Below, in pieces: positions 1-8,657 of a stretch of 37,963 nucleotides of DNA. This stretch comes from Eubacteriales bacterium (lineage in GTDB: Bacteria; Bacillota; Clostridia; Oscillospirales; CAG-382). The notes beneath the pieces are model-generated. The model saw only the letters and a list, made by a program, of their open reading frames with translations. It did no database searches and had not been told where the DNA came from. The stretch lies in assembly GCA_028701715.1 (NCBI GenBank), contig JAQVQF010000001.1:1-37963 (forward strand), read 5' to 3'. Both the position numbers and the translations under genes were made by a program. Every line of letters starts with the position of its first letter. Position 1 is the first letter of the stretch.

Positions 1-485
1 ACCACATCAAAACCACCGTCGGAAGAGAAGGCCACGACTTCGCCCGAATAGCCGGCGTGAGCCGAGGATATTTTACCGTTGGAAATGTTGATGCCGACAA
101 GGGTTCCGTATGAGCCGTTTGTCGAATCCATCGAGAAAAAGGATCCGTTGATAATTCCCGCGACTTCATACCCGTACTTCTGGGTAGCGTATGTATACTG
201 TGTGGAAAGAGTACCCGAAGTACCGGCAAAGCAGGAAAATACCATGGGGATATAATCTGCCGATGAAAATTCGAGAGCAGACGCTGTTTCGACATGAGAG
301 TTTACTCCGCTGGTGATGTCATATTCGGTATAATTGACACCGGAGACAACCTCGTAGCTCTTGTCCGATTTTACCGATAAATCAAAGCTTGAAGTAGCGG
401 ATACGGCAAAAACGGAAATTAACGCCGTGAGAACGAGAGCTGTGGTCAAAGCCAGCGAAAGTACTGACTTTTTGGTAATACGCAT
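1..485 (-). CDS. secreted protein, 3' end cut by window edge; possibly phosphodiester glycosidase (DUF2233-like) family
   Basis: Not in the ORF track because there is no stop in the window. My reverse-complement translation from ATG 485..483 gives MRITKKSVLSLALTTALVLTALISVFAVSATSS..., which looks like a signal peptide, and stays open to nt 1. GAAAGGA lies 8 nt upstream; there is an alternative in-frame ATG at 494. The ...YEVAGIINGSFFSMD... stretch resembles the AINGGFF region of phosphodiester glycosidase-family proteins (from memory). Confidence 0.6.
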   Translation of the reverse strand, partial: MRITKKSVLSLALTTALVLTALISVFAVSATSSFDLSVKSDKSYEVVSGVNYTEYDITSGVNSHVETASALEFSSADYIPMVFSCFAGTSGTLSTQYTYATQKYGYEVAGIINGSFFSMDSTNGSYGTLVGINISNGKISSAHAGYSGEVVAFSSDGGFDV

Positions 486-530
486 AGTGTTCATCCTTTC
501 TTTATTTTAACGCTATAGATGTTCAAGATA

Positions 531-559
531 ATTATAGTCAAATGTTACAAGCTTGTCAA
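531..559 (-). promoter_or_regulatory. sigma-70/SigA-type promoter for the secreted-protein gene
   Basis: On the minus strand, TTGACA (559..554), a 17-nt spacer, then TATAAT (536..531). Both hexamers are consensus. It lies directly after the maf stop. Confidence 0.6.
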
Positions 560-575
560 TAGAATTATAACAAGT

Positions 576-1145
576 TTATGGTAATTTAATATTTTTTATC
601 GACTTTAAGGAACAATATACCGAACATATCGGCAGCCCCATTACATTATAGAAATCCCCGACTATGCGGCTGACGAAAACGCTGCCTTTTCCCTGAACCC
701 CATACGCTCCCGCTTTATCCATAGGCTCGCCGGTTTCTGTATATTCGCGTATTTCCTCGTCATCAAGAGTACGAAAAGTAACCTCGGTGACCTCAAATCC
801 CGTGATTACTGTTTCGCCCCTGATGAGAGCATAGCCGGTATATACCGCATGGGTGTTTCCGGAAAGCCTGCGGAGGATATCAAAGGCATCGCTTTTATCC
901 TTCGGTTTGCCGATTATTTCCCCGTTGTGATATACTATCGTATCTGCGCCGAGAATTATATCGTGATTATCAAATTTAGCCGAAACCTCTTTCGCCTTGC
1001 GGAATGCGCTTTCGACGGCATATTCATCGGGCGGCAGCGAAAGCGCGGGATTCGTTTCATATTCGGCCGGGCATGTAATAAATTCCATTCCCGCGTTTTC
1101 AAGTAAAGCTTTCCTTCTCGGGGATGCCGATGCTAAAATCAACAT
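576..1145 (-). CDS. maf: Maf-like nucleoside triphosphate pyrophosphatase (septum formation protein Maf)
   Basis: 189 aa, MLILASASPRRKALLENAG... The ASxSPRR N-terminus, ...GADTIV... and ...DKAGAYGVQG... are typical of Maf/YhdE. An AAGGA RBS precedes ATG 1145. Confidence 0.93.
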   Translation of the reverse strand: MLILASASPRRKALLENAGMEFITCPAEYETNPALSLPPDEYAVESAFRKAKEVSAKFDNHDIILGADTIVYHNGEIIGKPKDKSDAFDILRRLSGNTHAVYTGYALIRGETVITGFEVTEVTFRTLDDEEIREYTETGEPMDKAGAYGVQGKGSVFVSRIVGDFYNVMGLPICSVYCSLKSIKNIKLP

Positions 1146-1194
1146 GATTTTTCCTTCTTTTATATAAAATATTGCGGTTTTTGCTTGTTACATC

Positions 1195-1223
1195 TTGATT
1201 ATGTTCAACGGAATTGATATAAT
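1195..1223 (+). promoter_or_regulatory. SigA-type promoter for proBA
   Basis: TTGATT (1195-1200), 17 nt, TATAAT (1218-1223), with TG at -15/-14 (ttgaTATAAT). The leader to the proB ATG is about 45 nt. Confidence 0.6.
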
Positions 1224-1275
1224 ACCGACATTATAATATAAAATATCATTTTTTTAAAGAGGAAAAACATAAAAC

Positions 1276-2070
1276 ATGAAAATTGATCTTTCTTTCGGAA
1301 AACGTGTAGTCATAAAAGTCGGCTCCTCCACCCTCACCCATGAGAGCGGTCTTTTAAACATCAGAAAAATAGAAACCCTTGTTAAGTGTATCGCCGACAT
1401 ACAAAACAGCGGCAGGCAGATTATACTGGTATCAAGCGGGGCCATAAGCTGCGGAATAGCCAAGCTGGGCATTTACGGAAAAAGTCTCGGCACCGTGGAA
1501 AAGCAAGCGGCCGCCAGCGTGGGTCAATGCGAGCTGATAGATATATATGACCGCAATTTCTCGCAATACGGTCATAAAATAGCGCAGATACTTATGACAA
1601 AGGATATCGTCGACGACAAGGCGCGCCGGGATTCGGCATCGGGGACTTTTATGACACTGCTGTCATACGGCTGTATACCCATCGTCAACGAAAACGACAC
1701 ATTATCCAGCGAACAAATTACTTTCGGCGGGAACGACACGCTTGCCATATCGGTGGCGCGGCTCGTAAAGGCCGATCTTATAGTAAACATGTCCGATGTG
1801 GACGGATTTTATGATAAAAACCCCCGCACCAATCCGGATGCGAAGCTTATCGAGCATATACCGGAAATAAACGATTATTTCTTAAGCTGCGCGGAGGGCG
1901 CGGGATCGGGTTCAAAACGCGGCACGGGAGGTATGAAGGCAAAGCTGGAGGCGGCCGAATCGGCAATGCGTCACGGCATACCCATGATTATCCTGAACGG
2001 AGCTAATCCCAACATATTGTATGACGTTTTCGACGGAGAATTTACCGGGACGTATCTCGGCAAACTATAA
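1276..2070 (+). CDS. proB: glutamate 5-kinase (short form, no PUA domain)
   Basis: 264 aa. KRVVIKVGSSTLT, ...ILVSSGAI..., ...PIVNENDT... and ...GTGGMKAKLEAA... are amino-acid-kinase / ProB motifs. AGAGGAAAAA RBS. Followed 24 nt later by proA. Confidence 0.93.
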   Translation: MKIDLSFGKRVVIKVGSSTLTHESGLLNIRKIETLVKCIADIQNSGRQIILVSSGAISCGIAKLGIYGKSLGTVEKQAAASVGQCELIDIYDRNFSQYGHKIAQILMTKDIVDDKARRDSASGTFMTLLSYGCIPIVNENDTLSSEQITFGGNDTLAISVARLVKADLIVNMSDVDGFYDKNPRTNPDAKLIEHIPEINDYFLSCAEGAGSGSKRGTGGMKAKLEAAESAMRHGIPMIILNGANPNILYDVFDGEFTGTYLGKL

Positions 2071-2094
2071 TCAACGAAAGGCAAGGGAACAATA

Positions 2095-3330
2095 ATGACA
2101 TTTAACGAAAAATGTCTTCTGTGCAGAAAAGCTGTATTTAATCTCGCTTCATCGGAAGGAAAGCTCAGAAACGCCGTTCTTGAGTCGATGTCTTCCCTGC
2201 TTTGGGAAAAACGTGACTTTATTATTGCGGAAAACGCCGCGGATGTCGAAAAGGCGGAGGAAAACGGCGTTAAAAAAGCAATGGTGGATCGTCTTGTTCT
2301 GAACGAATCGCGCATACGCGGAATATGCGAATCCATACTTGAGGTGGTATCGCTTCCCGATCCCTTGGGCAAGGGCGAGGTCTGGACACGTCCCAACGGG
2401 CTTTCGATACAAAAGATTAAGGTACCGCTGGGCGTTATCGGAATTATATACGAATCCCGCCCAAACGTGACCGCGGACGCCGCCGTGCTCTGCATTAAAA
2501 GCGGAAACGGCGTAATCCTGCGCGGAGGCAAGGAAGCCGTTAATTCAAACAGAGCTATTTCTAATATAATTCGGGCTGCAGCCGAAGCCAACGGGATTTC
2601 CGGTGATATTGTGCAATTTATAGACGATATATCCCGCGATTCGGCTGCCGAAATGATGAGAGCAAGGGGTTATATGGATTTGCTTATCCCGCGCGGCGGA
2701 AAAGGACTTATACAAGCGGTCACCGAAAATGCGAATGTGCCGGTTATCGAAACCGGAGCCGGGAACTGCCATATATACGCCGAAAAAACCTGTGATCTCG
2801 GCATGGCGGTAAGGGTTATCAAAAACGCCAAGGTGTCCCGTCCTTCTGTATGCAACGCGGCGGAGCATCTGCTTGTCGATGCGGAAATCGCCCAAATGCT
2901 GCTGCCTGCGGTACGCGAGGTTATGCCGGAAGTCGAGCTGCGCGGGGACGCGGATGTGCGGAAAATACTCCCCGGAATTTCCGACGTGACCGACGAAGAT
3001 TTTTTCACCGAATACGACGATTATATTCTATCCGTAAAAATCGTTTGCTCAACGGAGGAAGCCGTGGAGCATATCAACAGGCATTCCACCAAGCATTCGG
3101 AAGCCATTCTTACCAATGATATAAAGAAAGCCGAATATTTTACAAAGGCGGTGGATTCCGCGGCGGTATATGTCAATGCCTCCACACGCTTTACCGACGG
3201 CGGTGAATTCGGCTGCGGCGCGGAGATAGGCATATCCACTCAAAAGCTGCACGCGCGCGGCCCCATGGGATTAAACGAGCTTACGACGGTTAAATACATT
3301 ATCCACGGCAACGGACAGGTACGCGGTTGA
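2095..3330 (+). CDS. proA: glutamate-5-semialdehyde dehydrogenase (gamma-glutamyl phosphate reductase)
   Basis: 411 aa. ...PLGVIGIIYESRPNVT..., ...ILRGGKEA..., ...SVCNAAEHLLV... (catalytic Cys region) and ...HSTKHSEAI... match ProA. In an operon with proB. Confidence 0.95.
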   Translation: MTFNEKCLLCRKAVFNLASSEGKLRNAVLESMSSLLWEKRDFIIAENAADVEKAEENGVKKAMVDRLVLNESRIRGICESILEVVSLPDPLGKGEVWTRPNGLSIQKIKVPLGVIGIIYESRPNVTADAAVLCIKSGNGVILRGGKEAVNSNRAISNIIRAAAEANGISGDIVQFIDDISRDSAAEMMRARGYMDLLIPRGGKGLIQAVTENANVPVIETGAGNCHIYAEKTCDLGMAVRVIKNAKVSRPSVCNAAEHLLVDAEIAQMLLPAVREVMPEVELRGDADVRKILPGISDVTDEDFFTEYDDYILSVKIVCSTEEAVEHINRHSTKHSEAILTNDIKKAEYFTKAVDSAAVYVNASTRFTDGGEFGCGAEIGISTQKLHARGPMGLNELTTVKYIIHGNGQVRG

Positions 3331-3413
3331 TTACAGATTCGACAAACGGCGGCGCATGATTGCAAAATGAATATTTCACCGGTATTTTGCGTAAAATATA
3401 TCGGTGAATTTTT

Positions 3414-4142
3414 ATGAGCATTGTGACTATACGAGGCATGAGAAGAAAAAAAATAAAGCCGCTTACAAAATTTATTATTATCGTTTTTGCCGTTATAGGC
3501 GCGCTGACGGTGTATTTTTCCGTTGTCGGCGAAGGAAATTTCGACGCCGAAAAAACCGTTCCGACGGGAAGCCCCATATCATACATAGCCGGAGACTGCG
3601 ATATTTTTACGGTTATAGCGGTGATTACCGGTAACGAAACGAAAAGTAATATAATGCTGTTTATGGAAGTGTGCGGCGGCTTTAATATTGACGCGGTTTT
3701 TTTTATGAGCACGGAATACATGGATAAAAGCGGTGATATTGTGGAAAAAATATACTCCGAAGGCCATACTGTCGGTCTGCTGTGCAATGCCACCTCTAAG
3801 CTGACACGTTCCGGATTTATGAAGTTTCTTGCCAACCGCAACGATGAATTTTATGCGCAGACCGGAAGGTACCCGAAGTATTGCTATATAACCGGCACGC
3901 CCTGCCAATACGCGTCGGAGGTAATCAACGCCTACGGTCAATATTATGTTTCCCACAGCGCGGAAATAACCGAAAACCGGGATCAGGTGATTAAAAACGG
4001 TTATATAGTCGCGGTTGACCTTACCGGAAACGACGGCGTTTACGCCTTTGTCCGGGCGGTTTCGCAAGCGCTCGATTCAAAGCTGAAAGCGGTCAGCATG
4101 AAGGAGTTTATGAAGGAATATGAATCGATCCATGAAAGCTGA
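3414..4142 (+). CDS. membrane-anchored polysaccharide deacetylase-like (NodB-fold) protein with degenerate catalytic motifs
   Basis: 242 aa with an N-terminal TM helix (LTKFIIIVFAVIGALTVYF). The core AVITGNETKSNIMLFMEVCGGFNIDAVFFMSTEYMDKSGDIVEKIYSEGHTVGLLCNA aligns by eye to the NodB pattern LTFDDG...ATFF...GHEIGNHTxxH. The DD and HxxxH positions are replaced. Confidence 0.5.
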   Translation: MSIVTIRGMRRKKIKPLTKFIIIVFAVIGALTVYFSVVGEGNFDAEKTVPTGSPISYIAGDCDIFTVIAVITGNETKSNIMLFMEVCGGFNIDAVFFMSTEYMDKSGDIVEKIYSEGHTVGLLCNATSKLTRSGFMKFLANRNDEFYAQTGRYPKYCYITGTPCQYASEVINAYGQYYVSHSAEITENRDQVIKNGYIVAVDLTGNDGVYAFVRAVSQALDSKLKAVSMKEFMKEYESIHES

Positions 4143-4536
4143 AACGTTATCCATTACCGGCTGCGGCAGGGGTTTCAGACGAAATTTATCATTGTTGGGG
4201 CTTAAAATCAAAAAGGAAAGCTCCGATGCCGATATAGCGATTATCGGCGAAAACGCCGCGGAAAAAGCCGCGGTAAAGGCTTTAATGGTGTTTATACCCG
4301 ACAGTATCGTCAATTCAAACATAATAAGCTGTGTTTCCGCGGTTTCCGCGGGCATGGGACCCAAGGCTACGCTTTCCTTTTCATCGATAGGGGACGAAAC
4401 CGCCGTGCTTTCGGTAAATCGGGAGGTGGATTTTTTCGGAAATATCATCTGCCCGTGTGAAATAAGGGTAAATTTCATTAAATCGCTTTCCGTGTATGAA
4501 AACATGGTGTATGGTTTTTTAACCCATTTTATATAA
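4120..4536 (+). CDS. hypothetical protein (138 aa), overlaps upstream gene by 23 nt
   Basis: The ORF has codon usage like its neighbours and overlaps 3414..4142 in another frame. There is an alternative ATG at 4132. I recognise no family. Confidence 0.45.
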   Translation: MNRSMKAETLSITGCGRGFRRNLSLLGLKIKKESSDADIAIIGENAAEKAAVKALMVFIPDSIVNSNIISCVSAVSAGMGPKATLSFSSIGDETAVLSVNREVDFFGNIICPCEIRVNFIKSLSVYENMVYGFLTHFI

Positions 4537-4600
4537 AATATATATTTACAAATACCTTCCGTTGTGTTAAACTTAGTCGAATAACAACGGAGGTGTTTTT

Positions 4601-5431
4601 ATGTTTCCGACAGGAGTACAAATCTATTCCGTAAGAGATCACGCCGAGCGGGATTTTTTCAGCACGCTCGAAAAGCTGAAAAACATGGGTTATGACGGCG
4701 TGGAATTCGCGGGTCTTTACGGGTATAAACCCAAAGAGGTTAAGGAATATTGTGAAAAATTAAATCTCGTTCCCGTTTCGGCGCATGTTTCCATCGATGA
4801 TATGCTGGTTTGCCCCGATGAGGTTTTTGCGGCGTATCAGATAATAGGCTGCGAATATATAGCGATACCCTATCTCACAGAGGACAGGCGTCCGGGAGGA
4901 GCGAATTATGAAAACACATTCATTCAAATCGCCTCTCTCGGCGAAAAAGCAAAGCTTCACGGACTGACATTGTTGTACCATAACCATGATTTTGAATTTT
5001 GCAAGACCGGCTCCGATAACAAATATTTCCTTGATGTGTTATACGAAACCGTTTCGCCCGCGTTTCTTCAAACGGAGCTGGACACCTGCTGGGTAAATGT
5101 AGGAGGTGAAAATCCCGCCGAATATCTTATCAAATACACGGGACGTTCTCCGGTGGTTCATATAAAGGACTTTGTCAAGAAAAGCAAGGATTCCAAATCC
5201 GGGCTTTATGAGCTTATCGGCATCACCCCCGCCGAACGTCAGGCCGAGGAAGACGATTTTGCTTTCCGTCCCTTGGGCTACGGGGTGCAGGATATACCAT
5301 CGATTATCGCGGCGGCGAAAACGGCGGGGAGCAAATGGCTGATTGTAGAGCAGGACAGAACCTGTCTCGGTCTGGATTCGCTCGAATGCATGAAGCTTTC
5401 CGCACAGTACCTTAAAAAGGTAAATATATAA
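4601..5431 (+). CDS. sugar phosphate isomerase/epimerase (xylose isomerase-like TIM barrel)
   Basis: 276 aa. ...GYDGVEFAG..., ...LLYHNHDFEF..., ...VVHIKD... and ...LIVEQD... fit the AP-endonuclease-2 / xylose-isomerase-like TIM-barrel family. GGAGG RBS. Confidence 0.85.
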   Translation: MFPTGVQIYSVRDHAERDFFSTLEKLKNMGYDGVEFAGLYGYKPKEVKEYCEKLNLVPVSAHVSIDDMLVCPDEVFAAYQIIGCEYIAIPYLTEDRRPGGANYENTFIQIASLGEKAKLHGLTLLYHNHDFEFCKTGSDNKYFLDVLYETVSPAFLQTELDTCWVNVGGENPAEYLIKYTGRSPVVHIKDFVKKSKDSKSGLYELIGITPAERQAEEDDFAFRPLGYGVQDIPSIIAAAKTAGSKWLIVEQDRTCLGLDSLECMKLSAQYLKKVNI

Positions 5432-5449
5432 AATTATAAGGAGATAAAA

Positions 5450-6610
5450 ATGGCCGACGCTTCAGATAAGTTCAAACAGGATTTTGTAACGGAAAAACGC
5501 AAAGCATCCGACAGAAAGCTTAAGATCGGCATAATCGGCACGGGCTGGATAGCGGAGTGCCACATGGACAGCTATAAAAAGCAAAAGGATGTCGAGATAA
5601 CGGCGGGCGCGGATCTTATCCCGGGCAAGGCGCAGGCTTTCTTTAAAAAATACGGGATGAAAAACGTTCGCTGCTATCCGAGCCACAAGGAGATGCTCGA
5701 CAGCGAGGAGCTTGACGCGGTTTCGGTATGCACCTACAACAAGACACACGCCGAATGTACCGTTTACGCGCTGAACAAGGGCGTAAACGTGCTGCTCGAA
5801 AAGCCCATGTGCGTCACTCTCGACGAGGCCGCAGCCATATGCAGAGCGGAAAAAGCAAGCGGCAAGGTGCTGTCCATAGGCTTTCAGCCCAGATTCGACG
5901 GCAACATGCAGGAAATCAAAAAAATCGTGGAATCCGGCAAGCTGGGTAAGGTTTATTACATACAAACGGGCGGGGGCAGACGCCGCGGCATACCCACACC
6001 CTTCGGCACCTCATTTATCTCAAAGGACACCGGCTGTATAGGAGCGCTGGGCGATATCGGCTGCTATTCTCTCGACATGGTTTTAAACGCCGTAGGCTAT
6101 CCGAAACCGCTGACCGTAACGGGATACAAGTCGGATTTCTTCGGCAAAAATCCCGCGAATTATCCTAAGCATCCCGAATATGCCGAAATTTTCGGCGTGG
6201 ATGATTTCGCCGCGGCGTTTATACGTTTGGAGGGCGGTATAATCCTCGACTTCCGCATAGCGTGGGCGATGAACATGGACACCCCCGGCGACACCGTAAT
6301 ACTCGGCACAAAGGGCGGCTTGCGCATACCCTCGACCGAATGCTGGAACGGCTCGGTAGGCGGCAATATGAAGCTCTACCACGAGGTGGCGGGCACTCAA
6401 TGCGAAACCGTTATACCCCTTGTGGAAACAGTTCCGTTTGAAAGGCTTTTTGATTTCAAGATACGCTCCTTCCTTGACGCGGTGATATACGGCGATCCTG
6501 TCGCGGTGCCCTCAAGCCAGATAATCATAAATCAGGCGATTATCGACGGCATCAACCGTTCGTCGGAGCTTGGTAAGGAAATTGAAATTAATATACCGGA
6601 AATATCATAA
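5450..6610 (+). CDS. Gfo/Idh/MocA family NAD(P)-dependent oxidoreductase
   Basis: 386 aa. It has the Rossmann N-terminus KIGIIGTGWIAECH and the ...NVLLEKPM... motif. It starts 18 nt after the upstream gene, with an AGGAG RBS. Confidence 0.9.
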   Translation: MADASDKFKQDFVTEKRKASDRKLKIGIIGTGWIAECHMDSYKKQKDVEITAGADLIPGKAQAFFKKYGMKNVRCYPSHKEMLDSEELDAVSVCTYNKTHAECTVYALNKGVNVLLEKPMCVTLDEAAAICRAEKASGKVLSIGFQPRFDGNMQEIKKIVESGKLGKVYYIQTGGGRRRGIPTPFGTSFISKDTGCIGALGDIGCYSLDMVLNAVGYPKPLTVTGYKSDFFGKNPANYPKHPEYAEIFGVDDFAAAFIRLEGGIILDFRIAWAMNMDTPGDTVILGTKGGLRIPSTECWNGSVGGNMKLYHEVAGTQCETVIPLVETVPFERLFDFKIRSFLDAVIYGDPVAVPSSQIIINQAIIDGINRSSELGKEIEINIPEIS

Positions 6611-6633
6611 ACAATAATTAAGAGGTAAATATC

Positions 6634-7527
6634 ATGACTTTAGTTATTCTTGCTGCCGGGCTGGGAAGCAGATACGGCGGCGGCTCTAAAAAGCAGCTTG
6701 ACATTATAGGCGAAAACGGAGAAATAATACTTGACTATTCGGTTTACGACTCCATCCGAGCAAGCTTTGACAAGGTGGTTCTGCTCATCAAGGAAGAGCA
6801 TGTCAAGGCGTTCCGCGAAAAAGCAAGCTCAAAATTCGAGGATAAAATCAAAGTGGAATTTGCTTTTCAAAAGGATGATATGTTCAACGAGGGCTATCCT
6901 ATGCCCGCCGAACGCACCAAGCCCTGGGGTACGGCGCACGCTCTGCTCTGCTGCAGAGAAGCGGTGGGCGGCGACAATTTCGCGGTGGTGAACGCCGACG
7001 ACTTTTACGGTAAAACAGCGTTTGAGCTTGCCTTTAAGCATCTTTCCGCGGCAGAGAACGGCGATTACGCCATGATAGGCTATCTTATCAAAAACACCGT
7101 GACGGAGGAAGGCGGGGTTTCCCGCGGGGTATGCAGCGTAGAAAACGGTTATATGACCGGTATTGTAGAAACACACGAGATAACAAAGAACGAAAGCCGC
7201 ATTTACTATCCCGCGCCCGAAGGGAACAAAACGCTCGACCCCGACACCGTTGTTTCCATGAACTTTTTCTGCTTTACGCCCGATTTTTTCGACGTGCTGG
7301 AAAAGGGTTTCAAGGATTTTCTCGAAGAAAACAAATCGGATTTAAAAAAATGCGAATATTATATAGCTCTTCCCGTGCAGGCGGCCGTCAATTCGGGAAA
7401 AACCATGCGCGTTTACAGCACCCCCGACAAATGGTACGGCGTAACATATCAAAGAGATAAGCCTTCGGTAATCGAGGGCGTAAAATACCTCACCTCTTTG
7501 GGATTGTACCCTAAAAAGCTTTGGTGA
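6634..7527 (+). CDS. sugar-phosphate nucleotidyltransferase family protein
   Basis: 297 aa. It has the LAAGLGSRYGG nucleotide-binding loop, ...WGTAHALL... and ...VNADDFYG... It starts 23 nt after the oxidoreductase gene. Confidence 0.8.
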   Translation: MTLVILAAGLGSRYGGGSKKQLDIIGENGEIILDYSVYDSIRASFDKVVLLIKEEHVKAFREKASSKFEDKIKVEFAFQKDDMFNEGYPMPAERTKPWGTAHALLCCREAVGGDNFAVVNADDFYGKTAFELAFKHLSAAENGDYAMIGYLIKNTVTEEGGVSRGVCSVENGYMTGIVETHEITKNESRIYYPAPEGNKTLDPDTVVSMNFFCFTPDFFDVLEKGFKDFLEENKSDLKKCEYYIALPVQAAVNSGKTMRVYSTPDKWYGVTYQRDKPSVIEGVKYLTSLGLYPKKLW

Positions 7528-7604
7528 ATATTTAATATATTAATCTCCCCGTTCGGAATAAGATTGCGTATTATTAAAATAATCGGGAGGGTAAATCATA
7601 AATC

Positions 7605-8138
7605 ATGGAAATCACAGCAGCTTCGGTATATGACTTAAAAGCGTATAAAGCGCTTGTGCATTCCGGAATGTCCAAGAAACGGAATCCGAAAAAGCAATTT
7701 GCTTTCATGACGATTATCATAATTGCGGCATTGGTATTTGTAGTTCTCGATATGATTTTCAACGGTTTTTCCGATCGTTCCTGGCTTTATTTGCTTCTTA
7801 TTGTCTTTTCATTGTTTCTATATAATTTTTCTTATTTTATAATTCCCCGCATTCATTATAAAAACTCCGGTAAGCTTATGAATATAAATAACAATTATAC
7901 TTTTACAGATGACGAAATAAGAATGACAAGTATTTCCATGGATTTCAACGCAACCGGCAGCTTGAAATATTATTCGATTTATCAGGCTGTCGAAACACAT
8001 GATTATTTATTCATTTATCCGCAAAAGGGTACGGCTTACATCATTGATAAAAGCACAATATCAAACGGCACGATAGAAGATATAAAGAAAGCCGTATCAG
8101 CCGCCGTACCGGGCAAGTATATTATATACAATTATTAA
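7605..8138 (+). CDS. YcxB-like membrane protein
   Basis: 177 aa with two central TM helices (FAFMTIIIIAALVFVVLDMIF, WLYLLLIVFSLFLYNFSYFII). A C-terminal ...YTFTDDEI...YYSIYQAVETHDYLFIY...AYIIDK... segment resembles the YcxB family (from memory). The DNA is very AT-rich. Confidence 0.6.
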   Translation: MEITAASVYDLKAYKALVHSGMSKKRNPKKQFAFMTIIIIAALVFVVLDMIFNGFSDRSWLYLLLIVFSLFLYNFSYFIIPRIHYKNSGKLMNINNNYTFTDDEIRMTSISMDFNATGSLKYYSIYQAVETHDYLFIYPQKGTAYIIDKSTISNGTIEDIKKAVSAAVPGKYIIYNY

Positions 8139-8150
8139 ATATTACATTAA

Positions 8151-8189
8151 AAGGAGCCGTGGTAAAATCCGTCATTACCGCAGCTCCTT
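8151..8189. terminator. long hairpin between convergent genes (YcxB-like gene and ACT gene)
   Basis: AAGGAGC (8151-8157) pairs with GCTCCTT (8183-8189). An inner stem GTGGTAA/TTACCGC has one G-T pair and closes a 9-nt loop. There is no clean U tract on either side. Confidence 0.5.
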
Positions 8190-8211
8190 AATGCTGATAT
8201 TAAATATATTT

Positions 8212-8643
8212 TTACATCAAATATAAATCTTTTTCGTTGAGAGTGGTTATGCCGCCGGAGTTGAGCACTTTCTCAGCCTTCGCGTTGTCGTCGACACGGA
8301 GAATTACGCGTGCTTTTCCGGGAGCGCGCGACAGGAAGGCATACAGATACTCCACGCTTACGCCGCCGTCGGAAAGCGTCTTTATCGCTTCGGCGAACGC
8401 GCCCGGACGATCGTCCACCTCCATGGCGACAACCTCTGTGAGCTTGACGGTAAGCCCCATTTCCTTTAACGCCTTTACCGCCTCGTCGGGTTTATCGACT
8501 ATAAGGCGGAGTATGCCGAAATTCGTGGTGTCGGCTATGGAAAGCGCTCTTATATCCACGCCCGCCTTTGCGATGACGCCCGCAATTTCGGAAAGGCGCC
8601 CGGACTGATTCTGTACAAAAATCGAAAGCTGCTTAACAAACAT
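8212..8643 (-). CDS. ACT domain-containing (amino-acid-binding) protein
   Basis: 143 aa with two ACT-like halves (...GRLSEIAGVIAKAGVDIRALS... and ...GAFAEAIKTLSDGGVSVEYLYAF...). It is the last gene of the ior-paaK operon, a position I recall as common for this family. Confidence 0.85.
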   Translation of the reverse strand: MFVKQLSIFVQNQSGRLSEIAGVIAKAGVDIRALSIADTTNFGILRLIVDKPDEAVKALKEMGLTVKLTEVVAMEVDDRPGAFAEAIKTLSDGGVSVEYLYAFLSRAPGKARVILRVDDNAKAEKVLNSGGITTLNEKDLYLM

Positions 8644-8657
8644 GGCGGTTCCTCCCT

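Noticed and set aside
1971-2591. 206-aa ORF antisense to proB/proA (and other minus-strand ORFs at 2149-3252)
   Set aside because: They overlap two genes with clear ProB and ProA motifs. I see no independent expression signals.
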